IMG/VR virus record: IMGVR_UViG_3300028591_000212
Location: 677-64,676 of that record
Direction: 5' to 3' (one strand)
DNA from: a virus
Taxonomy: Duplodnaviria > Caudoviricetes
DNA length: 64,000 bases
Shown here: piece after piece, positions 5,827 to 15,092 of the stretch
Numbering within the stretch: the first letter of the stretch is position 1
Layout: each line of letters starts with the position of its first letter
Translations under genes and position numbers: made by a program
Notes under the pieces: generated by a model
What the model was told of the DNA's origin: nothing
The model's input: only the letters and a program-made list of their open reading frames with translations
The model's database searches: none

Positions 5827-6237
5827 CTAATTTTCTTCTTCTTTTAATTTATATTTTGTAACAACAACCTTATCAAATTTATCTTCCAACTTATCCCAAT
5901 GACTCATATCGCCCCAACCATCTTCTCCAAGTTCCTTATAAACCCATTCTTTATCATAAAGATAGCAATATTCACACCAACTATCTTGTAATATTTCATT
6001 AAATTCATTGATATCAACGACTTTTAAATTTGTTTTAATATTTTCATAATAATCCGCACCATCTTTATCAAGAGAGGACATATCGCCGCCATCAACTAAT
6101 TTTATTGCACGGTCAGATGAGTTATAATAATTTAACAAGGTTTCGCCAACTCCTGCTAAATAACCATCAAAGTGACAATAAGAGAAATGAATTTTATTAT
6201 CTTTATCAACATATCCAATATAGCTTCTTGTACTCAT
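5827..6237 (-). CDS. conserved phage hypothetical protein (MSTRSYIG...YCHFDGY family)
   Basis: 136-aa ORF, GGAG SD, motif frequent in large phages (from memory). Confidence 0.75.
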   Translation of the reverse strand: MSTRSYIGYVDKDNKIHFSYCHFDGYLAGVGETLLNYYNSSDRAIKLVDGGDMSSLDKDGADYYENIKTNLKVVDINEFNEILQDSWCEYCYLYDKEWVYKELGEDGWGDMSHWDKLEDKFDKVVVTKYKLKEEEN

Positions 6238-6242
6238 GGTGG

Positions 6243-6437
6243 TTAATCTCCTATGCTCATAAATTCTGCATATCCATCTTCATATTCAATCCAATCGCCA
6301 TAAGCAGCTTCAATACAATCAAGGATTTCTCCGTGCTCACCATGTTTTGTTGGACCGAGTGCAGTATCTAATTCTTCTTCGCTCATTTCACCATTCCAAT
6401 AAGCGATTAACAAATCCATTACGTATTCTGGCAACAT
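6243..6437 (-). CDS. hypothetical acidic protein
   Basis: 64-aa ORF behind its own promoter and GAGG SD. Confidence 0.7.
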   Translation of the reverse strand: MLPEYVMDLLIAYWNGEMSEEELDTALGPTKHGEHGEILDCIEAAYGDWIEYEDGYAEFMSIGD

Positions 6438-6506
6438 ATTTTCTACCTCTTTTCTTATCTTACAAATATATTATATCATAAAAAAATATATTTGTAAAAT
6501 AAAAAA

Positions 6507-6522
6507 ACCATCTTTCGATGGT
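6507..6522 (-). terminator. terminator of the long ncRNA
   Basis: ACCATC-GAAA-GATGGT followed by T7 on the minus strand. Confidence 0.75.
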
Positions 6523-6535
6523 ATCTTGTTTTTAA

Positions 6536-7372
6536 ATAACCTGAGCGGGTGTTTTATTTTCACAAGGTATTTCCGATTTTGGTATCGGATTCCGCACACG
6601 CCCCATTTCTGAGGTCGTTCCCTGTGGCGAACAGTAGTTTTGTGAAAGCTACCAAACTCTTACTCTATCAACTTATAACCATTTTCATCATTAGTCTTGC
6701 TTGCGGCATTCACAGCTTGCGGGCTGCTAGATACTAATAACTACTTGCGGTTCGCATACACTCTTGCGGAGGATATGCGGGAGTATTTTTCAACTCTTAG
6801 GTTCGCTTGTATTGATAGGTGGGCTAGCACTTTTGCTTTTTCACAATATCATTTGATAAAGAAACTGTATTTTTCTTTAAATGTAATTTTCCTTCAAAAG
6901 TGTCATTGATATTCTTTTTTCGTAGACACGGCTGCCCTTTGGAACCAACTGGCTTTTGACCAGCCGCCATCCGGCGCCTACGTCTTTCCCTTGTCCTTGG
7001 TACTCGTCTCGTACTTTAGCCCTTCTTTTTCAAGTTTGGGGTTAATCATAGTTGTAAAGTTAGCATTTAGTCTGACAACATTCACACCAACAATCATATT
7101 TTCTCTATTGGCTCGTCACCTCACCCCAATGCATAGGGCTATGCCGCCGTGCTATCTGCCCGATACTTACGGCTCACTTGTGTGCTTAGTATAGGATACT
7201 CATATGGTTTTCCGTAGATAGCCTGCGATTTCAACTACTTGCGGCTCTTCGCCGTTTTAGTATCAACCATTATTGGCTACTGGGCAAAGCCGAATATCTA
7301 CGCTTTGTTCCCATTTATTCCCTCACGGGTTTATCCATTGTTGGGTACCGAAACCATACCCTTTGTGATTTC
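6536..7372 (-). ncRNA. large structured ncRNA, GOLLD-like (~840 nt)
   Basis: Own TTGCAA-N17-TATAAT promoter (7383-7411) and terminator; no credible ORF; raised GC; five CCGCAAG tetraloop caps (6700, 6716, 6744, 6763, 7238). 3' motifs GAGTAAGAGTTTGGT...CCTTGTGA...CTCAG resemble GOLLD as I recall it; family call unverified. Confidence 0.6.
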
Positions 7373-7493
7373 TCACAAATATATTATACCAAATTTTTTT
7401 AATAATTGCAAATTTTTGAGAAGGAGAATCTACAACGAAAGACTTGGTATAATGTATTAGTGAGTAAGTTTAATGGGGCTAGGAGGCCTCTCT

Positions 7494-7625
7494 ATGCCTA
7501 ACCGTCATATTACGCGGATAAACTTACAAATCCCTGTGCTTTCCTCGCTTTCGTATTGGGAAACTTTTAAGGTACGCCATTTCATTGCTTCCCCATCAGA
7601 GAAGCTGGAAAATGGTAAACCATAA
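7494..7625 (+). CDS. possible 43-aa peptide antisense to a leftward transcript
   Basis: TGG-TATAAT at 7445-7453, AGGAGG at 7481-7486, ORF MPNRHITRINLQIPVLSSLSYWETFKVRHF..., hairpin plus T run after the stop. Confidence 0.35.
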   Translation: MPNRHITRINLQIPVLSSLSYWETFKVRHFIASPSEKLENGKP

Positions 7626-7739
7626 GGAGAAAGTTGGGTTGGAATTGAGGTTACCTAAAACTCAACTCAACTGTTTTACAAAGGTTTTGTTTTAACCCTT
7701 TCCTTTCTTACCTTACATATATATTATACAATAATTTTT

Positions 7740-8033
7740 TTATTTTTTCAAATCGTCGTCATCTTTATACTCGGCTAATTTTTCTAATAACATTTGCCAA
7801 CCTTCATCGGTAAAACAAATCATCATTATAGCAAATCCAAGCATCCAATGAACCACAGGCACAAGGCCAGGTATGAACAATACCGCAGAATTTGAGCTCG
7901 GTCCTTGACTCATTATATCTGATGCTAACATCATAAATTCTGGGTCATTCTTCATTGCATAAGATACTCTCCAGAATAGACACAATATAGCAAGCCAGTA
8001 AAATACAACACCATAAATATATATCTTAGTCAT
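7740..8033 (-). CDS. membrane protein
   Basis: 97 aa, two hydrophobic segments. Confidence 0.75.
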   Translation of the reverse strand: MTKIYIYGVVFYWLAILCLFWRVSYAMKNDPEFMMLASDIMSQGPSSNSAVLFIPGLVPVVHWMLGFAIMMICFTDEGWQMLLEKLAEYKDDDDLKK

Positions 8034-8328
8034 CTAATTTCCACCCCATTTCATCTAAATATTCAGAATAATATTCTTCATCTTCCTCGTTTTCTATTTT
8101 TTCATGGATAAACATATTTTCTTCTTGCCAATCTCTTAAATATTCTTTTACCGATTCTTTGTTAGTACAAGGAATAGGTAAAGAACGCAATTTAATTCTT
8201 TCATTGGCGTGCTTTGGTAAATAATATATTTCCATAACTCCGCACATAAGTCTGCCATTATATTTATATGGGGCTAGGTCATACGTTTCTACACGTATTC
8301 TGTCCATAGGATAATCATTATTCAGCAT
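8026..8328 (-). CDS. hypothetical protein
   Basis: 100-aa ORF overlapping its neighbours (translational coupling). Confidence 0.75.
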   Translation of the reverse strand: MLNNDYPMDRIRVETYDLAPYKYNGRLMCGVMEIYYLPKHANERIKLRSLPIPCTNKESVKEYLRDWQEENMFIHEKIENEEDEEYYSEYLDEMGWKLDD

Positions 8329-8740
8329 TTAATAATTCCTCCACAATCGCCCATGCACCCGTTGGGATATTTAATTTATCATAAGCATACAAAGTATATA
8401 TGTCCACATCTGTATCGTCACTATAAGGTGGATTTTGCTTAAAGGCAGCAAACTCTTTATCATTCAATCTATAAATGATTTTATAATTCTTTAAAGTATC
8501 ACACAATGCTGGATTTGGTTTTGCTGGCTTAATAGTCTTAAAGCAAGAGTTATCTTGTACCCATTTATCTTGCCCAATTCTATACCACAATACATCGTTG
8601 CCATCTAAAGTTCTTTCATATACCTCATAAGCCATTTTGGGATTTGGCTTAATAACTTCTAAAGGTTCAGAAAATGAACTGGCTCGTCTATAAACTTTAA
8701 CTGGTTCTGCATCTTCTTTGAATTTAATCCAAACTAACAT
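8318..8740 (-). CDS. hypothetical protein, possible SH3b-like N-terminal domain
   Basis: 140 aa; VLWYRIGQDKWV resembles SH3b/SLAP beta hairpins. Confidence 0.65.
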   Translation of the reverse strand: MLVWIKFKEDAEPVKVYRRASSFSEPLEVIKPNPKMAYEVYERTLDGNDVLWYRIGQDKWVQDNSCFKTIKPAKPNPALCDTLKNYKIIYRLNDKEFAAFKQNPPYSDDTDVDIYTLYAYDKLNIPTGAWAIVEELLNAE

Positions 8741-9075
8741 TATTCCGCATCCTCGTAATTCTCTATAATTCCAAGCTCAAGCATTTTATCTAAAATGCTT
8801 TCTGCTTCTGCTACATCAGGGGTTAAAAAACGCATATTGATTGAATGATGATTGCCCTTAATATAAACTTGAGTTGTTATTTCAAAGTTGTCTGCTGGGT
8901 CTATATCTTTTTGATGTGGTAATGGTTTATATTCCTCAACATCAAGAAAATACTTTTTATTACCTTTTTTATCACGATAGCATTTTTGATATCGTGCTTT
9001 TAGCCATTCACTATCAATAGAAGTTGGCTTATATTTGGCATAGCCAGTATCTAACAATTTTTTAGTATCAATCAC
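8740..9075 (-). CDS. hypothetical protein
   Basis: 111-aa ORF with stop/start overlap. Confidence 0.75.
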   Translation of the reverse strand: MIDTKKLLDTGYAKYKPTSIDSEWLKARYQKCYRDKKGNKKYFLDVEEYKPLPHQKDIDPADNFEITTQVYIKGNHHSINMRFLTPDVAEAESILDKMLELGIIENYEDAE

Positions 9076-9076
9076 G

Positions 9077-9808
9077 CTAGTCTTCCTCCTCTTCTAACAC
9101 TAAAACATTTACTTTACCACTATGAGCGGTACAAGCGTCAATCGCAATAATACCGTCATCTTCAAAAATACCAAAGTTGGCATCTTCCCCAAACTCACTA
9201 CCTTGTTTGTGTAGGTAGTGGTGTCCCCAAGAAGTATGCCAGTGTCCGCAAACAATGGTTTTTGCATCACGATGACCATTTTTCCATCTAGCCATACCGT
9301 TAAACCATCTTGCTTCTTCCCACTCATACTTGTCAGCATTGCCAGGAACACGCCAATCTACTACATTTGGTATCCAGCCATGTACGAAAACATAATTTTT
9401 AGTTTCATAGTAATTGCGGCACTCTTTAAAGTATTCCATTAAATCTTGATTTTTGCTCAAAGAACGAGTGGCTATATCAACAGCAAACCATTCTTCAGAA
9501 GGTGATAAACGCTTTATAGTATCAATAGTACCATTTGAAACATCGTAACTAAAATACCCACGTTTTCCTCTAACTAATTCTTCAAGTAAATCTTCGTGAT
9601 TACCACGAATAAAAATTCTTCTATCTTCTGGTAGATTCATTACATATTCTAAGCACTCTGCTGGCTTAGTTCCTCTATCAAAAAGGTCGCCACAAAGTAT
9701 GAAAAAATGCTCTGGGTTTGATTTTTGATACCCAGCTTTATCTAAAGCTAGAAGCATTTCGTCATAGAATGAGTGAACATCACTTACTATAAAATATTTT
9801 CTTTTCAT
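9077..9808 (-). CDS. calcineurin-like metallophosphoesterase
   Basis: SDVH, GDLFDRG, GNHE, VHG, GHWH motifs. Confidence 0.9.
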   Translation of the reverse strand: MKRKYFIVSDVHSFYDEMLLALDKAGYQKSNPEHFFILCGDLFDRGTKPAECLEYVMNLPEDRRIFIRGNHEDLLEELVRGKRGYFSYDVSNGTIDTIKRLSPSEEWFAVDIATRSLSKNQDLMEYFKECRNYYETKNYVFVHGWIPNVVDWRVPGNADKYEWEEARWFNGMARWKNGHRDAKTIVCGHWHTSWGHHYLHKQGSEFGEDANFGIFEDDGIIAIDACTAHSGKVNVLVLEEEED

Positions 9809-9867
9809 ACATATATATTATAACATATTTTTTTATAAAATAAAAGAACTAGACTTTTTATCTAGTT

Positions 9868-10995
9868 CTAAGCCATCATACTAATTAGATTAGCATAAGG
9901 TAAAAATTCGTTTTCTGGTTTGATTATGAATTGAATTTGTTTTACGGAAGTCATTACATCTTCTTCTCTAATTGGAGTTACATCGCCATAATCATCTTCA
10001 TATAACTTATCAACTTTATCCAAGAAGAAGAACTTGCCGTTCTTATCATATTTAATATTGGCTATTGAGAAACCAAGACAGCATTCGCCATTATATAAGT
10101 TATTTCCACTATCCAAGAAAAGGCGGGATTGTGGGCGATACCAGTCTATTGTGTAATTATCAACGGTATCCTTTTTGCCATTTTCATAATAAACAACGGC
10201 TTTAAATTTGCTAGGCTGACTAAACTCAATATTCAAATCGTTTAATGAAGAGCCAATATCATAGCCTTTATTTAATTCAATCGCTAAAGCACGCAGATTA
10301 TCATAAGTAAAAGGATAGAAAGTATCTAGACTTAGAATCTGCTGAATCAAATTTTCTTTATTGTCAACTGTGAGGTGGTCATTTAGATATTCCTCAACAG
10401 AATCGGCATCTGGTTTTGTTAATCTAAAATGGTAATAAAATCTGCCCGGGCGGTTCAGCATATAATCATTTAGCATATGAGTTTTATTACAAGTTATAAT
10501 ATATAACTTATTACCGCCATCAACCCCATCAAGCAAAGATAAGAAATCTGCTTGAGGGTCAAACCCAGTTTCTCTATCTTCAGCAAATTTCTTTTCAAAT
10601 TCATCAAAGATAACTACAACTCTCTGGTCAATTGACGCAAGAAAATCTGTTAGACCGGGGGTGTATTCTGAACACGTAATAACGGGAATGTTATTTTCTA
10701 TTGCCTTAATACAAATAAGACGCATTAAAATTGATTTTCCCATTCCACTTTCGCCAGATATAATAACGCCGAAATTACGATTGCTGGTTGAATATCCTTC
10801 TAAAACTTTATCGGCTTTTTCAGTTAAGCCGCCATAGATTTTAGTTTCCTTTACCTCTAACGGCGCACGCATAACTAAAGAATATCCAGTCATTTTATTG
10901 AAGTCAATATCATAATACTGTGCTGGCAGGTTATCATACGTATTAAGTACGTTTGAATAAATTATAAACCTATCTCCCGAATTAACTATCCGCAT
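9868..10995 (-). CDS. AAA+ ATPase
   Basis: Walker A GESGMGKS, Walker B VVIFDE, sensor TCN, LNRPGRF arginine finger. Confidence 0.9.
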   Translation of the reverse strand: MRIVNSGDRFIIYSNVLNTYDNLPAQYYDIDFNKMTGYSLVMRAPLEVKETKIYGGLTEKADKVLEGYSTSNRNFGVIISGESGMGKSILMRLICIKAIENNIPVITCSEYTPGLTDFLASIDQRVVVIFDEFEKKFAEDRETGFDPQADFLSLLDGVDGGNKLYIITCNKTHMLNDYMLNRPGRFYYHFRLTKPDADSVEEYLNDHLTVDNKENLIQQILSLDTFYPFTYDNLRALAIELNKGYDIGSSLNDLNIEFSQPSKFKAVVYYENGKKDTVDNYTIDWYRPQSRLFLDSGNNLYNGECCLGFSIANIKYDKNGKFFFLDKVDKLYEDDYGDVTPIREEDVMTSVKQIQFIIKPENEFLPYANLISMMA

Positions 10996-11806
10996 TGTTA
11001 AGCTCCTCTTTCATATACGTTCTCATAATTTTATTTAATACATCATCTAAAAATTTATCTGTCTCTTGGTTTGGTTTAAGTGACTCCGCAGGAGCGAAGC
11101 TCTCATATTCTTTTTTTAAACTAACTGCTCTATCTAAATATTCTTGAGCAATTTGTTCTGCTACTTCTGGAGTATAAGAAATTTGACCTCTTTTTACTTT
11201 ATGAAGATAATCCACACTAAAAGGAATTAAACAATCTTCATAAGGCACACCTTTTGAGTACATTTTCATGAACTCATAAACCCTAATCAAATGAGATAAT
11301 TGCTTTGGGTCATATCCAAATTTATCAAGCCAATATTTTCTGCTAGGATATTCATGTAATAAAGCATGGAATTTTTCCGAGCACATGCCGCACATAGTCT
11401 TCATAGCTTGAAGAGGATTGTAGTGGGCAATTTCTTCTTTTCTGCTGATTAATAAATCCCAATATTGCTGATAAATTGGATTAACAATAACATACTTTGT
11501 GAAAAGAGTTTCAACAAAGTTGATGTTTTGTTTTCTATATTGGTTAAACATTAGACGGATATCTTTAATGTCGATATGCTCATCGTTAGCACGCACATGC
11601 GTGTAAGATTTTGCTTCGTGATTAAAGATAATATCATCTAAGCTTGGCAAAACAATGGCTTTGCTGTCGATATCACTATCTTTATCCGCCATATTATAAT
11701 TTTGTGAGCCTTGTAAACATAATGCAAAAACTTGCTTTTCTGGAATAATAGTAAGCAATTCTTGGTAATGTTCTGCTAATCTTTTTTCAATTTCTTTCTT
11801 TCTCAT
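10982..11806 (-). CDS. Pol-beta superfamily nucleotidyltransferase (RlaP/NrdC.11-like)
   Basis: QGSQNY...DSDID catalytic motif; K.LSHLIR helical C-domain. Confidence 0.8.
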   Translation of the reverse strand: MRKKEIEKRLAEHYQELLTIIPEKQVFALCLQGSQNYNMADKDSDIDSKAIVLPSLDDIIFNHEAKSYTHVRANDEHIDIKDIRLMFNQYRKQNINFVETLFTKYVIVNPIYQQYWDLLISRKEEIAHYNPLQAMKTMCGMCSEKFHALLHEYPSRKYWLDKFGYDPKQLSHLIRVYEFMKMYSKGVPYEDCLIPFSVDYLHKVKRGQISYTPEVAEQIAQEYLDRAVSLKKEYESFAPAESLKPNQETDKFLDDVLNKIMRTYMKEELNNADS

Positions 11807-11844
11807 GGTATTTATATTATATCATAAAATTTTATAAAAATCAA

Positions 11845-12857
11845 AAAAAAACGCACCATCGTTTAAACCTCAAAGAACCTTGAAATTGGAGGTGTCCATC
11901 CCCCTCTCCATTGGAGTTGCGGACATTTTTTTAAATTTCGCCTTTCTATATCAGTTTGATGTGCGTATGGCTATTTTTATAGGTAATAGCAATCACCATC
12001 GGAGTTAATCTCTATCGGCTCCTCAATGTAGGAATCTGTACAAACTCTCGTCCGAAACGTAGGTCTCCTCACCTCGCACTATGCTTTTTTATTTTAGGAC
12101 GCCTCACCTATGCGAGAATTTCAAGTAGAGGTACGCCAATGAGCCAACCAAGCAAATAGAAAAGTGGGACTTGCGTGTTGTAAAGAGGTAATAAGATTTA
12201 TCTTGATTGACTCATTGCTGTATCTCTACAGCATATACTAACTACTCTTCAACTCCTTTGCACCGCTCCCAATTACATAGCGGAAATTTTTGGTGGTATG
12301 GTCGTAACCATAACCAAAGGTATTGTTCTATCTGGTTTTTCACTTACCAGTCCACAGCCGTGTGGTGAGTATCTCGTCGGCAATTATTTATCACCGGTAG
12401 CCTCGTTGATATTGAGTAATTATTAACTTAGTTGCAAATTGGGGGAAGAGTTGCGGATGTACTGTCGGCCTCTTGCTTCAAGGATATGATGGTTCTGGTC
12501 TCGTGTCGCAGAACTTTTCAGCACATCATATTCTCTAAATACTGGGTCATCATTATGGACAGGTATCTAATCGCCGTAGAGCTTTTTTATGATTAGAATT
12601 CATGCTGCGTACACCTTATGTCCGCCAACCCCTTTTTTCTTCAATCACTTGCTTTTTATCGCTACACATTGAAGGTTTCTGGTTTTAAGGCTCCAGTAGT
12701 CATTACATCCGATTGCTTTTTTGGTCTGAGAGATGAACTCTGCGGTCTTTAAGGCAACGCCGTTTCCTTATGTAAGCTAGAAAGGTAAGGGGCGTATATC
12801 CATCAGCTCTCGCCTTTTTATTCTAATGTGGACATAAACCTTTCTTATTTATCTTAC
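11845..12857 (-). ncRNA. candidate ~1 kb structured ncRNA, unassigned
   Basis: TTGAAA-N17-TATAAT promoter (12864-12892); U-rich end at 11843-11864; no ORF >=60 aa in the track; raised GC; many hairpins and a long-range TTATGTCC/GGACATAA helix. Confidence 0.55.
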
Positions 12858-12901
12858 ATATATATTATATAATATTTTTTTTAAAATTTCAAGCGATGAC
12901 T

Positions 12902-13072
12902 CTAATTAACTAAGTCACTATCGACCATAAAATCAATTAACATGGCTTTTAAAGTGTCTTCATCGAGCCACACTAAAATATGGTCTAGTAACTCGCCATC
13001 TGATACAGTACCATCAAGTAAGCTCAAAATTTCATCAGAGCTCATTTCTTCTAATTCTTTTTTATCGTACAT
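12902..13072 (-). CDS. small acidic protein (56 aa)
   Basis: MYDKKELEEMSSDEILSLLDG..., GGAG SD overlapping the upstream stop. Confidence 0.6.
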   Translation of the reverse strand: MYDKKELEEMSSDEILSLLDGTVSDGELLDHILVWLDEDTLKAMLIDFMVDSDLVN

Positions 13073-13074
13073 TG

Positions 13075-13308
13075 TTAATTGCTCCCTTCAGTTACGATTA
13101 GCATATTTGCATCATAAACAGTAGTTAAAACGTCAAACGCACAATTTACTTGATGAGCTTTAACTGAATCACCTTTGTCATTTAAGATTTCATATGGTTC
13201 TAGCATATCTGCTGCTGTGCTAATAGAGTGTAAAACTTTTAAAGCTTCCCCTATTTTCTTATGGTCATCTTCGCTAAGAAAAATTGTTTTAGTATTTATT
13301 ATTTTCAT
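13075..13308 (-). CDS. hypothetical protein
   Basis: 77-aa ORF; weak similarity to 24347..24598 and 27369..27623. Confidence 0.7.
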   Translation of the reverse strand: MKIINTKTIFLSEDDHKKIGEALKVLHSISTAADMLEPYEILNDKGDSVKAHQVNCAFDVLTTVYDANMLIVTEGSN

Positions 13309-13474
13309 TCTTCATTATTCCTTTCCAAATTCTTCTGAAACGTCTACGATTACGAACTTTCCAAAATCTCCATGCCTTTGGTTCATTCTGAACCCAGCAG
13401 GCATATTTTCTATCAAATTTGTCTTCAAAAGTCATTTTTTTATGAATATTTCCCTTCATAAACAAGACCTCCTT

Positions 13475-13804
13475 TTAATAATTTAGTTGTTCACCAACCC
13501 AATTATATATTTTCTTAGCATTTTCACTTAAATCTAAGCAGAAAGCACCAAAAACGTCACACACGTTTTCCTCATTAAAGTTTTCAAACTGGTTGAAACC
13601 ATAAGTAAATAGGTACGCGTGAGTTAATTCATGGACGATAGTATCTTTCATGACGTCTTTATCTATTTCTTTATTAAGATAAATAGTAGCCTTAGCAAAC
13701 GAAGTAATTCCGCACACCTCTTCGCCTTCTTCGACGCAAAGGTATTTAGAATCTTCGGCTACCAATTTAACATTCCAATTTCTTTTATTTATCACAAATC
13801 TCAT
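13475..13804 (-). CDS. HExxH zincin-like metallopeptidase, paralog 1
   Basis: CGIT...TIVHELTHAYLF..EENVCD; start ATG 13804 behind a GAGG SD. Confidence 0.8.
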   Translation of the reverse strand: MRFVINKRNWNVKLVAEDSKYLCVEEGEEVCGITSFAKATIYLNKEIDKDVMKDTIVHELTHAYLFTYGFNQFENFNEENVCDVFGAFCLDLSENAKKIYNWVGEQLNY

Positions 13805-13871
13805 ACTCTTTACCTCTTTTTCTATATATATTATAACATAAAAAAATAAGATTGTCAATAGACAACCTTAT

Positions 13872-14102
13872 TTATATCAAGCCCTCATCCCTTAATTCAT
13901 CGTAGCGTCTATCCGCATAATCATCAGGGTCATAGGGGTCATAATATCTAAAGTTAGGGCAATCATCTAATGAGTCGTCATAGAAATGTTCATCGTCACA
14001 TTCGCACCAATATTCATCTGGGTCGCAATCCATTATGCCACGGCAAGCTCCTTTGAGGAATCTTTCGTGTATACATTCATTACATTTACTCATGATAGTC
14101 AA
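13872..14102 (-). CDS. small Cys/Asp-rich protein
   Basis: 76 aa, CxxC motif, acidic tail. Confidence 0.65.
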   Translation of the reverse strand: MTIMSKCNECIHERFLKGACRGIMDCDPDEYWCECDDEHFYDDSLDDCPNFRYYDPYDPDDYADRRYDELRDEGLI

Positions 14103-14403
14103 TATTTTTTAAGATGGCATGACCTGTGGAAATAATTCTACGTAGGTCGTCCCAATCAATATCTTCATCAAGTAATCTATTGTCAATTTCCACAAAATGC
14201 CAATATTCTTGCGACTTGTTATATTTGAATGAACCTATTGCATAACAACTTTTTCTATCTTTATCCCATTTAACGACTTCAAGTCCTCTGCTGAGAGGGC
14301 AAGTCGTTGAGGTTAGCCTCATTTCGCCATTTTCATCATAATAACATTTATCTAAAACAATAATATTGCATAAAGATAAATTACCAATGTCTGCGTAATT
14401 CAT
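14086..14403 (-). CDS. hypothetical protein
   Basis: 105-aa ORF in an operon. Confidence 0.7.
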   Translation of the reverse strand: MNYADIGNLSLCNIIVLDKCYYDENGEMRLTSTTCPLSRGLEVVKWDKDRKSCYAIGSFKYNKSQEYWHFVEIDNRLLDEDIDWDDLRRIISTGHAILKNIDYHE

Positions 14404-14774
14404 TAGTCCTCCTTGTAAGTAGCTAATTTATCGGTACGATATTTAAAATATCTAGTAATTACCATATCTACAATAAGAGGTAGATTAGGTAAAGCCTGCT
14501 TAAAGCAATCCCATTTCTCAAGTTTATTAGTATCGGTTTCGAAAGGAGCACCGACCGAAATTTCATACTCACATCTTGACCACTCTTCGTACATGATACT
14601 TTGTTTAATTCTATTGGTTAGGTCTTCACGAGTAATATTACCATCAAAAAACTCTTCTGCTGCTTCTAGGGTTCTATCATATACATAGGCATTGCTAAAA
14701 ATGTTAAAGCTATATACTTTCTTGCGGTTAAAGTCATGATTTAATACATAAAACTCAAAATTAGGTTCTCTCAT
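14403..14774 (-). CDS. conserved phage hypothetical protein (WSRCEYE motif)
   Basis: 123-aa ORF, GGAGGG SD. Confidence 0.75.
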   Translation of the reverse strand: MREPNFEFYVLNHDFNRKKVYSFNIFSNAYVYDRTLEAAEEFFDGNITREDLTNRIKQSIMYEEWSRCEYEISVGAPFETDTNKLEKWDCFKQALPNLPLIVDMVITRYFKYRTDKLATYKED

Positions 14775-14840
14775 AATCTATACTCCCTCCTTTTACAATA
14801 TAATTATATCATATAAAAAAAGTTTTGTCAAAAGACAAAA

Positions 14841-15092
14841 CTAGATTTCCCAGATAATAGTGTAACCTAAAGACTTAGCTCTGGAGATACGTTTAAGGAT
14901 TTCAAAGTGGATAAAATTTGGCTCATCAGAAAATTTAGATGGCACGCATTTAACACTAAGCTCCAAGCCATAATCCTTTGAAGTCGGGTACTCATTGGTG
15001 CCTGTGTAGATATAAGTTTCAAAGGCATCCCTTTCTTCGTTATAGGTAATCTTGTAATACTTATAATATTTCACAACATACCTCCTTATCAT
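14841..15092 (-). CDS. hypothetical protein
   Basis: 83-aa ORF, AGGAGG SD. Confidence 0.65.
   Translation of the reverse strand: MIRRYVVKYYKYYKITYNEERDAFETYIYTGTNEYPTSKDYGLELSVKCVPSKFSDEPNFIHFEILKRISRAKSLGYTIIWEI

Noticed and set aside
6549-7460. Plus-strand ORFs 6549..6737, 6697..6909, 6991..7194 and 7239..7460
   Set aside because: Short, no SD, antisense to the promoter-terminator-bounded structured RNA; chance ORFs.
11845-12857. Group II intron, group I intron or tmRNA
   Set aside because: GAGCCGATAGAG near 12010-12022 resembles domain V but does not pair properly. There is no interrupted host gene, no P7-type consensus, and no Ala-acceptor/T-arm end.
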